Assembly: GCA_050011565.1 (NCBI GenBank)
Contig: JBEKIW010000001.1
Span: 512,001 to 576,000 of the forward strand
From: Dehalococcoidia bacterium
Lineage (GTDB): Bacteria > Chloroflexota > Dehalococcoidia > GIF9 > UBA5629
DNA length: 64,000 bases
Direction: 5' to 3'
The notes under the pieces were generated by a model. That model ran no database searches. It had not been told where the DNA came from and saw only the letters and a program-made list of their open reading frames with translations. This document shows positions 49,162 to 58,501 of this stretch, in pieces; position 1 is the stretch's first letter, and each line of letters starts with the position of its first letter. The translations under genes were made by a program, and so were the position numbers.

Positions 49162-50244
49162 TTAAGCTCCTCCATGTGGTTCCATTGGTTTGGCTTCAGC
49201 AACGCCGGCCTGAGAGAAGGTGGCCATCTGGCTTAGCGTTCTGGCAGCGGCATCGGCCAGAAAGATACCGATAACAGCGCCGGTACCTTCACCCAGCCGC
49301 ATATTCAAATTTAGCAGCGGTCTCAGTCCCAGGAACTGGAGTAACAGCTCATGTCCTGCCTCCGCGGAGAGATGGGCGGCGATGAGGTAGTCTTTGGCCT
49401 GAGGCGACAGGCCGACCGCGATGAGAGCGGCCGCCCCGGAGATGAAGCCATCAATGACTACCGGTATTCTGTAGGCGGCACCGGCTAGCATGACTCCAAC
49501 CAGCCCGCCGATTTCAAAGCCACCAACTTTGGCCAGAACATCCAGCGGGTCTTTAGGGTTCGGTTTATTAATCGATAAGGCTCTCTCTATAACCTTGATT
49601 TTATGGGCAAGCTGCCTGTCGCCAACTCCGGTACCGCGGCCGGTGATTTTCTTGGGCTGTTTGCCGCTGATAGCGGCGAAGACGGCGCTGCTGGCGGTGG
49701 TATTGCCGATACCCATGTCTCCCGTGCCAATAATATCGACTCTTTTTGCCATCTCAGCCTCGACCGCCTGGATGCCGGCCTCTATGGTATCTATAGCTTG
49801 CTGGCGGGTCATTGCCGGTCCTTGTGTCATATTCTGGGTGCCGAAGTCAATCATTTTGCACAGTAATCCGGGCAATGGCTGGAAGCCACCTTTTACGCCC
49901 ATGTCTACAACTATAACCCGGGCGCCTATTTGACCGGCCAGGACGTTTATGGCGGCGCCGCCTTTGAGGAAGTTGATGACCATCTGCCGGGTAACTTCCT
50001 GTGGGTAGAGGCTGACCGTTTCAGCGGCGACGCCATGGTCGGCAGCCATGACAATTATGGATTTATGTTCCAGTTTAGGTGAGGCTGTACCTTTAATTCC
50101 GGCGAGCTGAATTGACAGCTCTTCCAACCTGCCTAGACTGCCGTGCGGCTTGGTCAGGCTGTTCTGGCGGCTTTGGGCAGCGGCCATGGCGGAGCTGTCC
50201 AACGGTTTTATCTCTTTTAATATCGTGTCCAGGGAAGTTGCCAT
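49162..50244 (-). CDS. cobT: Nicotinate-nucleotide-dimethylbenzimidazole phosphoribosyltransferase
   Basis: LTKPHGSLGRLE, ADHGV, GDMGIGNTT, MRLGEGTGA. Confidence 0.96.
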   Translation of the reverse strand: MATSLDTILKEIKPLDSSAMAAAQSRQNSLTKPHGSLGRLEELSIQLAGIKGTASPKLEHKSIIVMAADHGVAAETVSLYPQEVTRQMVINFLKGGAAINVLAGQIGARVIVVDMGVKGGFQPLPGLLCKMIDFGTQNMTQGPAMTRQQAIDTIEAGIQAVEAEMAKRVDIIGTGDMGIGNTTASSAVFAAISGKQPKKITGRGTGVGDRQLAHKIKVIERALSINKPNPKDPLDVLAKVGGFEIGGLVGVMLAGAAYRIPVVIDGFISGAAALIAVGLSPQAKDYLIAAHLSAEAGHELLLQFLGLRPLLNLNMRLGEGTGAVIGIFLADAAARTLSQMATFSQAGVAEAKPMEPHGGA

Positions 50245-50263
50245 AGTTCCGTCTCCTTATCTG

Positions 50264-50788
50264 TTAGTACTCTATGCCGCGGCGGGCGCTTGTCCCCCCA
50301 GTAAATGGATGCTTAATCATGAGCATCTCGGTGACTAAATCAGCTCGCTGGGCAATCTCGGGAGGCGCGTTCCTGCCCGTCAGCACCAGTTCAACCGAAA
50401 CCGGCTTCGAGTCCAGCAATTCCAAAACCTGTTTAATGGTTATCAAGCCCTGGCTTATGGCGACGAAGATTTCATCGAGAACGACCAGGTCGTACTTTCC
50501 ACTGAGTATTTCCTGCTCGGCGTAAGCCAGTGTCTGAAGAGCTTCCTGGCTTAACTGTTCCTTGGATTTCTTAAAACTGTCGCCGATACTTATCTGGACT
50601 ATTTCAAAAGGGTTATGCTGCCTGACAAAAAAATGCTCGCCGCAAGGTTCGCCTTTTATGAACTGGATGAAGGCTACCTTCATGTCTTGTCCGACGGCTC
50701 GTATTGCCAGGCCTAAAGCCGCTGTGCTCTTACCTTTGCCATCGCCCGTGTAAACGTGGACCAGACCTTTGCCGTTCTTTTCAACCAT
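50264..50788 (-). CDS. cobO: Cob(I)yrinic acid a,c-diamide adenosyltransferase (CobO/BtuR)
   Basis: YTGDGKGKSTAALG, QFIKG, VLDE, VLTGR, ADLVTEM...KHPF. Confidence 0.93.
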   Translation of the reverse strand: MVEKNGKGLVHVYTGDGKGKSTAALGLAIRAVGQDMKVAFIQFIKGEPCGEHFFVRQHNPFEIVQISIGDSFKKSKEQLSQEALQTLAYAEQEILSGKYDLVVLDEIFVAISQGLITIKQVLELLDSKPVSVELVLTGRNAPPEIAQRADLVTEMLMIKHPFTGGTSARRGIEY

Positions 50789-52298
50789 GCTTCCTCCCGA
50801 GAGTAATTTCGTAGACCAGTGACATATCGAGGTTGTGTCTGATTATATCCGCTAGTTTATCATACATATCCTGCTTGTTTATCGAAGAAGCCGTAGTTGA
50901 CGGTAATCCGCGAAGCTGTCGCAGCCGGTTCAGCAGCCGGCGAGTGAACTCGGTATTGTGAAATAAGCCATGAATGTAAGTGCCGAATATGAGTCCGTTA
51001 GGGCTAACAGCACCGTCGAAATAATCTAATTTCCCTTGAGGCGTTTCCAGGACATGGAGTGCCGGCCGGCAATTACGGTTTCTGGTTTGACCCATATGAA
51101 TCTCGTAGCCGGTGATATCCATATCCTTCAGGCCTTTAAATAAGCCGTCGTCGGCAGCAATGCGGGCTTTAACCTGGGTGGTTGTTTTGTTGCTGTTAAA
51201 CACAGTGGTGATTTCTAGCAGGCCAAGACCGTCGATTCTATTATGTTTAGATTCGATTTTCTCAGGGTCGAGTATGCTGCTTCCCAGCATCTGATAGCCG
51301 CCGCAAATACCTATTATTGGAACGCCTGACTGCACTAGCTGGATAATAACCGGCACCAGGCCTTGTTGTTTCAAGTGTACTAAATCGGCGACGGTGCTCT
51401 TGGTGCCGGGCAGGATGAGCAGGTCTGGATTGCCTAACTCTGGGGGGCTGGACACATAACGGACGGTACAGCCCTGCTCTTCCAGTGGGTCGAAATCATC
51501 GTAGTTGGAGATATGGGGCAGCCGAATCACAGCTACGTCTAGAGTTCCGTTGGCTGACGTTGTTTGTCTTTCATCCAGATAAACCGAGTCCTCCTGGGCA
51601 ATAGTAATGCCCCGGAAGTAAGGAATGACTCCCAGGACAGGCTTGCCGGTTCGCTTCTCCAGTATGTCCAGGCCCGGCTTCAATAGCTTCAGGTCGCCTC
51701 GAAATTTGTTGATGACAAGCCCTTTGATACGAGCGCGCTCCAGTTTGGTCAGCAGTTCCAGTGTGCCGATTATAGAAGCGAAGACGCCGCCGCGGTCGAT
51801 GTCTCCGACAAGCAGGACGGGAGCTTTAGCCATTCTGGCAATTCTCATATTAACTATTTCCCTTTTTTTGAGGTTTATCTCTGCCGGGCTGCCCGCGCCT
51901 TCGATGACCACAATATCATAGGCAGCAAGCAAATGATTTAAAGAGTCCTCAATAATCTTTAGTAGTCTGGGAGTGTAGCTGTAATACTGGCTGGCCGTTA
52001 GATTTTTGGCTACCTTGCCTAAAACGATTACCTGGGACCTGGCATCGGCTTCGGGTTTGAGCAGGATAGGGTTCATATGTACTGAAGGCTCGATGCCGGC
52101 TGCTTCGGCCTGTACTGCCTGGGCCCGTCCGATTTCACCGCCTTCAGTGGTAACGAAGGAGTTTAATGCCATATTCTGTGCTTTAAACGGGGCGACTTTG
52201 AAGCCGTCCTGCCGGAAAATACGGCATAGTCCGGCCACGATTATGCTTTTACCTACGGATGAAGCTGTGCCCTGTATCATCAGGGTTTTAGCTGGCAT
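50781..52298 (-). CDS. cobQ: Cobyric acid synthase (CobQ/CbiP)
   Basis: QGTASSVGKS, PFKAQNMALNS, EGAGSPAEINL, GICGGYQMLG, GYEIHMG, GTYIHG. Confidence 0.96.
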   Translation of the reverse strand: MPAKTLMIQGTASSVGKSIIVAGLCRIFRQDGFKVAPFKAQNMALNSFVTTEGGEIGRAQAVQAEAAGIEPSVHMNPILLKPEADARSQVIVLGKVAKNLTASQYYSYTPRLLKIIEDSLNHLLAAYDIVVIEGAGSPAEINLKKREIVNMRIARMAKAPVLLVGDIDRGGVFASIIGTLELLTKLERARIKGLVINKFRGDLKLLKPGLDILEKRTGKPVLGVIPYFRGITIAQEDSVYLDERQTTSANGTLDVAVIRLPHISNYDDFDPLEEQGCTVRYVSSPPELGNPDLLILPGTKSTVADLVHLKQQGLVPVIIQLVQSGVPIIGICGGYQMLGSSILDPEKIESKHNRIDGLGLLEITTVFNSNKTTTQVKARIAADDGLFKGLKDMDITGYEIHMGQTRNRNCRPALHVLETPQGKLDYFDGAVSPNGLIFGTYIHGLFHNTEFTRRLLNRLRQLRGLPSTTASSINKQDMYDKLADIIRHNLDMSLVYEITLGRKHG

Positions 52299-53385
52299 GG
52301 TTCAGTGCTCCCATATCTTTGATAGCTTCGATTAGCTTCTGACACTCCGACAAGGAGCGCGGAGCCAGACGTATGTATTCGGGCAAGCCGAACGACGTGC
52401 AATCACGCACCAGTAGACCTTTCTTTAATAAAGCTTGTCTGAAGGTTGCGGCATTGCCCACCCGGACAAGGAAGAAATTGGTTTGTGAAGGCAGCGGCGA
52501 TAGCCCAAGGCATTCCAGCTCTTTTATCAGGAAATTTTTGGCCTTTCGAATTTTGTTATAGCACCCCTTGAGATAACTGTCAGCATTCAGGGCAACGATG
52601 CCAGCTTTCTGGGCCACGCTATTGACATTCCAGGGCGGGCGGACACGTCTTAGTTGGGAGATAATTGATTCCTCAGCTATGGCGTAGCCCAGGCGCAGTC
52701 CTGCCAGCGCATAGTCCTTGGTCATCGACCGCAGGATTACTAAGTTGCCATGGTCTATTAAGTCCACGGATGCCCAGGCGTTTTCGGTGAAAGCGATGTA
52801 GGCTTCGTCAAGCACGATGAGGCTTTCCGGAGCACTTGACATAATCTGTGCAACTTCGCCTCTGGACATATATTGTCCCGTCGGGTTATTAGGATTGCAC
52901 AGAAAAACGGCTTTGGGTTTATGTTTTCGGAGCAATTTTGTGATTTCACATACATCGAGATGGAAATCCGGCTCTTTAAGAACGGGCTGTTTCATTATTT
53001 TAGCATCGGCGAGTTGACAAGCGGTTTGGTATTCGCTGTAGGTCGGCTGTGGGATAATGACTAAATCATTGGGTTCAAGGTAGGCGGCAGCAGTAAGCCT
53101 GATTAGCTCCGTGGAACCGTTGCCTACAATGAGCTTGCCCGGGGATATGTTTAGTTTTTCAGCTAGTGCCTGTCTTAGTTCGCTGGCTTCAGAGTCGGGA
53201 TAGTGTTCGACTGATGCGTTGACTAAGACTTCCTTTATGCCTGGCGGTGGCCCGAACGGATTAATGCTGACGCTGAAGTCGAGGACAACCTCCGGCAAAA
53301 TACCAAGTCTCTTCAACTCCTCGTAGTCAATGCCACCATGAATGCTGGGGGCAAGCCTATTTATAGCTGGTCTATGCTGCAACAA
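52288..53385 (-). CDS. cobD: L-threonine-O-3-phosphate decarboxylase (PLP)
   Basis: HGG, LDFSVSINP, CNPNNPTG, DEAY, RSMTKDYALAGLRLGY; corrinoid operon context. Confidence 0.88.
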   Translation of the reverse strand: MLQHRPAINRLAPSIHGGIDYEELKRLGILPEVVLDFSVSINPFGPPPGIKEVLVNASVEHYPDSEASELRQALAEKLNISPGKLIVGNGSTELIRLTAAAYLEPNDLVIIPQPTYSEYQTACQLADAKIMKQPVLKEPDFHLDVCEITKLLRKHKPKAVFLCNPNNPTGQYMSRGEVAQIMSSAPESLIVLDEAYIAFTENAWASVDLIDHGNLVILRSMTKDYALAGLRLGYAIAEESIISQLRRVRPPWNVNSVAQKAGIVALNADSYLKGCYNKIRKAKNFLIKELECLGLSPLPSQTNFFLVRVGNAATFRQALLKKGLLVRDCTSFGLPEYIRLAPRSLSECQKLIEAIKDMGALNHAS

Positions 53386-54319
53386 AATATATTACCTCGG
53401 CTAACATCAATATTGAGCACCACATGATGGCAGTCACTACAATAATTTGCCGGGAGGCATCAATAGTATTCAGTGACAATGGAAGATGGTTGTCACCCAA
53501 CTTGTAATGACCGGCCTTTTCCAATTGTACGTCGAGCGCGCCGGCGACGGCACTCATTGTCCAGCCGGCGTTGGGGCTCTCTGTTTTATTGTGGTCGCGA
53601 ATCATAATATGCCAGGCCTGTGAGATATTCTTTCGACATATCAATGCCGCCAGAACTATCAGCAGTGCAGTAACCCGTGCCGGGATAAAATTGGCGACAT
53701 CGTCTAATCGGGCAGCGAATTTACCCACATATTCCCATCGTCCACGGTAGCCTATCATAGTATCATAGGTATTTATTACCCGGTAAGCTATGGCACCAGG
53801 CACGCCGAAGATAGAGAAGTAAAACAGAGGAGCTACAAAGCTGTCGCATATATTCTCGGCTGCCGACTCTACTGCAGCTGAAATCACCTGGCTCTGGCTG
53901 AGCTCAGTGGTGTCGCGGCTGACCAGAGACCTCAAACTCAGGCGCGCCTGTCCCAGGTTATCTTTAGACAGGAGTCTTTTAACCGAATCAACAGCTTGCC
54001 TGAGTCCTCGTAAGGAAAAACTGAATTTCAGCAGAAGACCCGAGATAATGACATAGACTATAAGGTTAAACTCACTGAGTTGAGCAAATAAAAAATAAAC
54101 AGCGGTCACAATTAGTCCGAGCGTAACTAAAACGATACCGGCGCCATAAGCCATCTGCCTGAATTTTCCCCTTTGTGGAGCCAGCTTCGTTTCCAATGAA
54201 ATTAGCTTCCCTAACCAGGCTACCGGATGCCAGGTGTTTGGTGGCTCACTTAAAATGAGGTCGAGCGTGAGGGCTATGAGCAGAATAACTATTTTTCCCA
54301 TCGTTTCTGCAATAATCAT
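53372..54319 (-). CDS. cbiB: Adenosylcobinamide-phosphate synthase
   Basis: HPVAWLG, LVSRDT, AENICDSFVAP, ARLDDVANFIPAR, SPNAG. Confidence 0.95.
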   Translation of the reverse strand: MIIAETMGKIVILLIALTLDLILSEPPNTWHPVAWLGKLISLETKLAPQRGKFRQMAYGAGIVLVTLGLIVTAVYFLFAQLSEFNLIVYVIISGLLLKFSFSLRGLRQAVDSVKRLLSKDNLGQARLSLRSLVSRDTTELSQSQVISAAVESAAENICDSFVAPLFYFSIFGVPGAIAYRVINTYDTMIGYRGRWEYVGKFAARLDDVANFIPARVTALLIVLAALICRKNISQAWHIMIRDHNKTESPNAGWTMSAVAGALDVQLEKAGHYKLGDNHLPLSLNTIDASRQIIVVTAIMWCSILMLAEVIYFVAA

Positions 54320-55104
54320 TTGTCTTTATCAGAGACGATAAGGGTAGCCGGCAATTTGTTAACCGGATGAGGATAGACATAGACTTCCGCCCCGTAAACG
54401 TCCTTGATAGTCTTAGCATTTATCACTGCCTGAGGAATGCCCTGGCAGTAGACCGTTCCGTTGCTGAGCACTACCAGCCGGTCGCAATATTGAGATGCCA
54501 GGTTTAAATCATGAAGCGTCACCACCACAATTAGTTTCTGTTTTCGGCACAATTGGCGCGCCAAATCTAAAGTTTCTATCTGGTAATTAATGTCCAGATT
54601 GGCGGTAGGTTCATCCATAAGCATTATTTTCGGCTCCTGGGCCAGGGCACGGGCGATAGTCAGGCGCTGTCTTTCACCTCCGGACAGCTCGCCAACTCTG
54701 CGTTCAGCAAAAGCAAGCGTCTGGGTAGCTTCCATGACAGCTTTTACGATAGCCAGGTCCTTTTTCCCTTCGTACCTTAGTAGGCCCAGATGAGGGGTAC
54801 GCCCCATAAGCACCACCTCGAGGGCGGTGAACGGTTCAGGTAAGGTCGGGTTTTGAGGCACGACAGCTACCAGTTGGGCTAGTTTCTGCCTGTTTATGCC
54901 AGATATGTCACTGCCGTCAAGGAAGATTTTTCCGCTGCCTGGCTGGATAAGTCGGGTTATGCCCCTTATCAAAGTCGATTTGCCGGAACCGTTGGGACCG
55001 ATGATGCCCAGCATCTCTCCAGGTCTGGCTTCGAAGCTGATGTTACGGAGCACAGTTTGTTTGCCGTAACCCAGGCTGACGTTATCAAGTCGTAAGTTGA
55101 ACAT
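54316..55104 (-). CDS. btuD: Cobalamin/siderophore ABC transporter ATPase (BtuD-like)
   Basis: GPNGSGKST, LSGGERQR, DEPTANLD, HDLNLA. Confidence 0.88.
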   Translation of the reverse strand: MFNLRLDNVSLGYGKQTVLRNISFEARPGEMLGIIGPNGSGKSTLIRGITRLIQPGSGKIFLDGSDISGINRQKLAQLVAVVPQNPTLPEPFTALEVVLMGRTPHLGLLRYEGKKDLAIVKAVMEATQTLAFAERRVGELSGGERQRLTIARALAQEPKIMLMDEPTANLDINYQIETLDLARQLCRKQKLIVVVTLHDLNLASQYCDRLVVLSNGTVYCQGIPQAVINAKTIKDVYGAEVYVYPHPVNKLPATLIVSDKDK

Positions 55105-56184
55105 TTAAAATATGGCTCTCTTCTTTTGTCGCAATAGATAAAGAAAGAAAGGGGCTCCCAGAAAGGCAGTGATAACACCAATGGGCACCTCGGTAGGCGC
55201 CAGCATGGTTCGGGCGGCAGTGTCGGCCAGAATCAAGAAAATGGCTCCGGCAAATGTAGCCAGTGGCAACAGGAAGCGGTGGTCAGGGCCCCATATAAGC
55301 CGCATGGCGTGGGGGATAATGATGCCGACAAAGCCGATAATACCGCAGAAGCAGACCGCAGCCGCGGTTATCAATGTTGCAGCTCCGAGCAAAATTAGCT
55401 TGACTTGTTCCACATTGATGCCCAGCTGCTGTGCCTGTTCTTCATCGAGTTGCATTACGTTCAGAGGCCGGGCATAGAGCCATATGATTACTGTACCAAC
55501 GAGAATGTAGGGCGTTACCATTGCCACCTGCCACCAGCTGGTTAGCGCAAATGAACCCAGGAGCCAGGAGATGATGCCGTGTAATCTGTCGCCTGAGGCA
55601 ATCATCAGGTATGAGGTAATCGCCGCCAGAAAAGCACCGATAGCTACACCAGCCAGGATTAACGTAGTCATGGGTAGAGTTTTTCCGACTTTGGCTATGG
55701 AGTAGACCATAACTGCTGCTGAAACGGCACCAACGAATGCCAGTAGGGGGATGCTGCCGATTTGCCATGATACCGGCAACATAAAACCGATGACAGCTCC
55801 TAAAGCTGCGCCTTGAGCCACTCCGATGAGATACGGGTCAGCCAGAGGGTTACGGAAAAGTCCCTGATATGTGGTTCCGGCCACAGCCAATGCAGCACCT
55901 ACCAGACCGGCCAGCAATAACCGTGGCAGGCGAATATCAAAAATGATAATTTCTGTGTTGCTTGTCCAGGTTGGTTCGATATGGATAAGAGGCAATTTAG
56001 ATAACAGGATATGAAATAACGTACCAAAGGGAATATCAGTGCTGCCTATACCCAAAGTAACCACAATCGTTATTCCCAAAAGCAGGGCCATCCCAACGAT
56101 GGCGTAAATTCGACTGCGCCACTGTATGGGGTAAACAGTAGTGGTCTCTGGTATGGCTGCGTCCTTTAGCGATTCCAGCGCCAT
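55105..56184 (-). CDS. btuC: Cobalamin ABC transporter permease (BtuC-like)
   Basis: IRLPR, QGLFRNPLADP, GIIGFVGIIIPH. Confidence 0.9.
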   Translation of the reverse strand: MALESLKDAAIPETTTVYPIQWRSRIYAIVGMALLLGITIVVTLGIGSTDIPFGTLFHILLSKLPLIHIEPTWTSNTEIIIFDIRLPRLLLAGLVGAALAVAGTTYQGLFRNPLADPYLIGVAQGAALGAVIGFMLPVSWQIGSIPLLAFVGAVSAAVMVYSIAKVGKTLPMTTLILAGVAIGAFLAAITSYLMIASGDRLHGIISWLLGSFALTSWWQVAMVTPYILVGTVIIWLYARPLNVMQLDEEQAQQLGINVEQVKLILLGAATLITAAAVCFCGIIGFVGIIIPHAMRLIWGPDHRFLLPLATFAGAIFLILADTAARTMLAPTEVPIGVITAFLGAPFFLYLLRQKKRAIF

Positions 56185-56185
56185 T

Positions 56186-56926
56186 CTAGACTATCCTTGT
56201 CACCGTATACCTGAGTTCCTCGTTTCCCGTAAGACACGAGACATTATTTAAATGCTTCTTAGCCATAATCACCGCGGTTTTCATTTCATTACTTGTCGGC
56301 CGCCGCCATGGATTATCACCTGCTGGAAAATAGGCATCAATCCGATAAGGGATATCCCTATCAACGTGACCAATGAACCTGGCGATTTTTTCAATTTCGT
56401 TGTGCTCAATGTATTCAGGGATAAAGATACTTTCAGCTCTAAGCTTGGCTCCGGATTTGTATAGAGAAATAAAATTAGCTAGAGCTTCTTTATTGGATTT
56501 ACCGGTGTACTCGCGGTGTAGATTGTCAGTGTAAGCCTTAATGCTGAAGACAATCTCATCAAAGTATTGTGCAGTCAATACTTTGAAGCCATTGGTTAGC
56601 AGTATATTGCGGGTAGCATATTCCTCGTGCAGGTTTTTGGCTAGCTCGGGCAGCTCCGGGTCGGTAGCTGGCTCCTGCCCCATAAAAAAAGCTTGTTGCA
56701 CCTTCAGTTTGCGTACAGTGTCTTGAACCTGGTCAATGCTGAGGAATGTTTTCGGCTCCAGTTTGGCCATCTTGTTTGGCTGAAAGATGGCCTCTTTTGT
56801 TTCTTCGAGATGGCAGTCGTAGATTTCCTTGCGGCACAGGCAGGCACGGCAGCTTAGGTTACAGCCCCAGAAGTGAAGGTAAACTGCCTTTGGCTCCGGC
56901 GAATAAGTGATATGATAGATATTCAT
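56186..56926 (-). CDS. Radical SAM protein (PFL-activase-like), function unknown
   Basis: GCNLSCRAC (CxxxCxxC), GQEP, LLTNG, FSIKA. Confidence 0.88.
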   Translation of the reverse strand: MNIYHITYSPEPKAVYLHFWGCNLSCRACLCRKEIYDCHLEETKEAIFQPNKMAKLEPKTFLSIDQVQDTVRKLKVQQAFFMGQEPATDPELPELAKNLHEEYATRNILLTNGFKVLTAQYFDEIVFSIKAYTDNLHREYTGKSNKEALANFISLYKSGAKLRAESIFIPEYIEHNEIEKIARFIGHVDRDIPYRIDAYFPAGDNPWRRPTSNEMKTAVIMAKKHLNNVSCLTGNEELRYTVTRIV

Positions 56927-57846
56927 TTGAATTTTTCGAATAGTTCCGGATGAATAAATTGTGCCATCTCTTCCAGTGCTTCTACCACGCGAGGACCGGG
57001 TCGATCTATCAGGTCACCATCTATTTTGTACACTCTGCTATTCAGCAGTGCCTGAGTATTTTTCAGCCTGGACTCAGATTTTATGTATTGCCAGGGCAAG
57101 TCCTCACCGGTGCCCATGCCAACAGAGACGATAATTACCTCTGGGTCTCTGTTAATGACTGTCTCGAGGTCGATTGTTTTGTCGCCGGTGATATCGGAGG
57201 CAATGTTTTGCCCGCCCGCCTGGCTGATTACATCGTTGCTTAGAGTCCCTGTGCCAGCGGTCCACAGCGGGTCATGCCAGGTGACGTAAAAAACCCTCGG
57301 TCTTTGGGCAGAAGACAATTTTTGTGTTTTGTCAGCTATTTCTTTAATACGTGCGCTCAGGTCTTTAACCAGTTCAGAAGCCACTTTGTCCTGCCCCGTA
57401 ATTTCCCCTACCAATTTGATGCTGTCCAGCACATCATTGAGGGAGCCCGGGGTTAAAGCGACAACTGTTATTCCAAGGTTTTCCAAGGCTGGGATAATGG
57501 TCTTATCGTGTATCCGGGTTGCCAGCACTAAGTCTGGCCTGAGTGAAACGACCTTTTCTATGTCCACAGTACTGAAACCACCAACTTTAGGTTTAGTCTT
57601 GGCTGCTTCAGGATAGTTACAGTACTCAGTGTCGCCTACTACTTTATCTCCCAACCCGAGAGCGAACAGGATTTCGGTATTGCTTGGTGCCAGAGATACG
57701 ATCCTTTGGGGTACTGTGTTGATCGTTACTTTTCTACCCAGACCGTCAACTATGTTGCCTGGGGGAGATTGTGGAATACAGCTGAGTAGAACAAGCGCGG
57801 TTAATGCTATGGCGATGTAAAAGCTATGGCGGATATATTTACTCAT
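56923..57846 (-). CDS. btuF: Cobalamin-binding lipoprotein (BtuF-like)
   Basis: Lipobox LLSC; PQRIVSLAPSNTEILFALG, RPGPR; ATG 57846 after AAGGAG. Confidence 0.9.
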   Translation of the reverse strand: MSKYIRHSFYIAIALTALVLLSCIPQSPPGNIVDGLGRKVTINTVPQRIVSLAPSNTEILFALGLGDKVVGDTEYCNYPEAAKTKPKVGGFSTVDIEKVVSLRPDLVLATRIHDKTIIPALENLGITVVALTPGSLNDVLDSIKLVGEITGQDKVASELVKDLSARIKEIADKTQKLSSAQRPRVFYVTWHDPLWTAGTGTLSNDVISQAGGQNIASDITGDKTIDLETVINRDPEVIIVSVGMGTGEDLPWQYIKSESRLKNTQALLNSRVYKIDGDLIDRPGPRVVEALEEMAQFIHPELFEKFK

Positions 57847-57870
57847 TATCGTCTCCTTCAAATAGACAGT

Positions 57871-57905
57871 AAAATAAAATCCCCTTGCTTTGGAGCAAGG
57901 GGATT
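57871..57905 (-). terminator. Intrinsic terminator, expression platform of the riboswitch
   Basis: AATCCCCTTGCT/AGCAAGGGGATT 12-bp stem followed by a T-rich tract on the minus strand. Confidence 0.8.
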
Positions 57906-57924
57906 AATTAAAAATAATAAATCC

Positions 57925-58066
57925 CACCCCCTTACTCCGCGGAGGCAGCTATACTAGTAAGGCCGATGTTCTGACTTTCACAGCAGGCGGGACTGTGCCG
58001 GAATTTCACCGGTTTGCATACCAATTAAGCCCTGGGTCACCCTTGGGCACCCTACTAAAGCTATTC
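57925..58066 (-). ncRNA. Cobalamin riboswitch (short, atypical)
   Basis: GGTGCC...CTTAA...CCGGTGAAATTCCGG-CACAGTCCCGCC-TGCTGTGA-AAGTCAG, with a downstream GCGG for the kissing loop; upstream of btuF; promoter TTGACT-17-TATTCT at 58106-58078. Confidence 0.82.
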
Positions 58067-58178
58067 AGTTAATAAATAGAATAGCTGGAAACCGGGCTAA
58101 AGTCAATAGTCCGAAAGAATATACTGTTCAGAATAAAGAATAGAACAAAACCCCTATAAAAAGACAGTATTATTTCGC

Positions 58179-58207
58179 TTGCCTCGTTTGATTGTGCATG
58201 ATATAAT
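58179..58207 (+). promoter_or_regulatory. Putative promoter upstream of folD-fhs
   Basis: TTGCCT, 17 nt, TG-n-TATAAT. Confidence 0.6.
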
Positions 58208-58501
58208 CCGAGTTTGGCAGTAAGCTCGGAGTCCTAATTTAAATCGACCTTGGATAATTGCACTCCAAATCCCGAGCTTATTATTTTGGCTGGGGCAAAG
58301 TCTTTAAGTTCTGAATCAACCATTCTTGGTCATTGTGTAAAAAGACAATGGTATAGTACTGTCTAACGAGCGACCTGAAATCGGAAATAACCGGAATAAA
58401 TAAAAAGACTGGGGGTGAGAATAGCTAAAAATACCAAAGCAGTTCTGCATTTCATTTTGGCCGGAATCTAAACGGTTGAGCAACAGGGAGGAAAATAAGA
58501 T

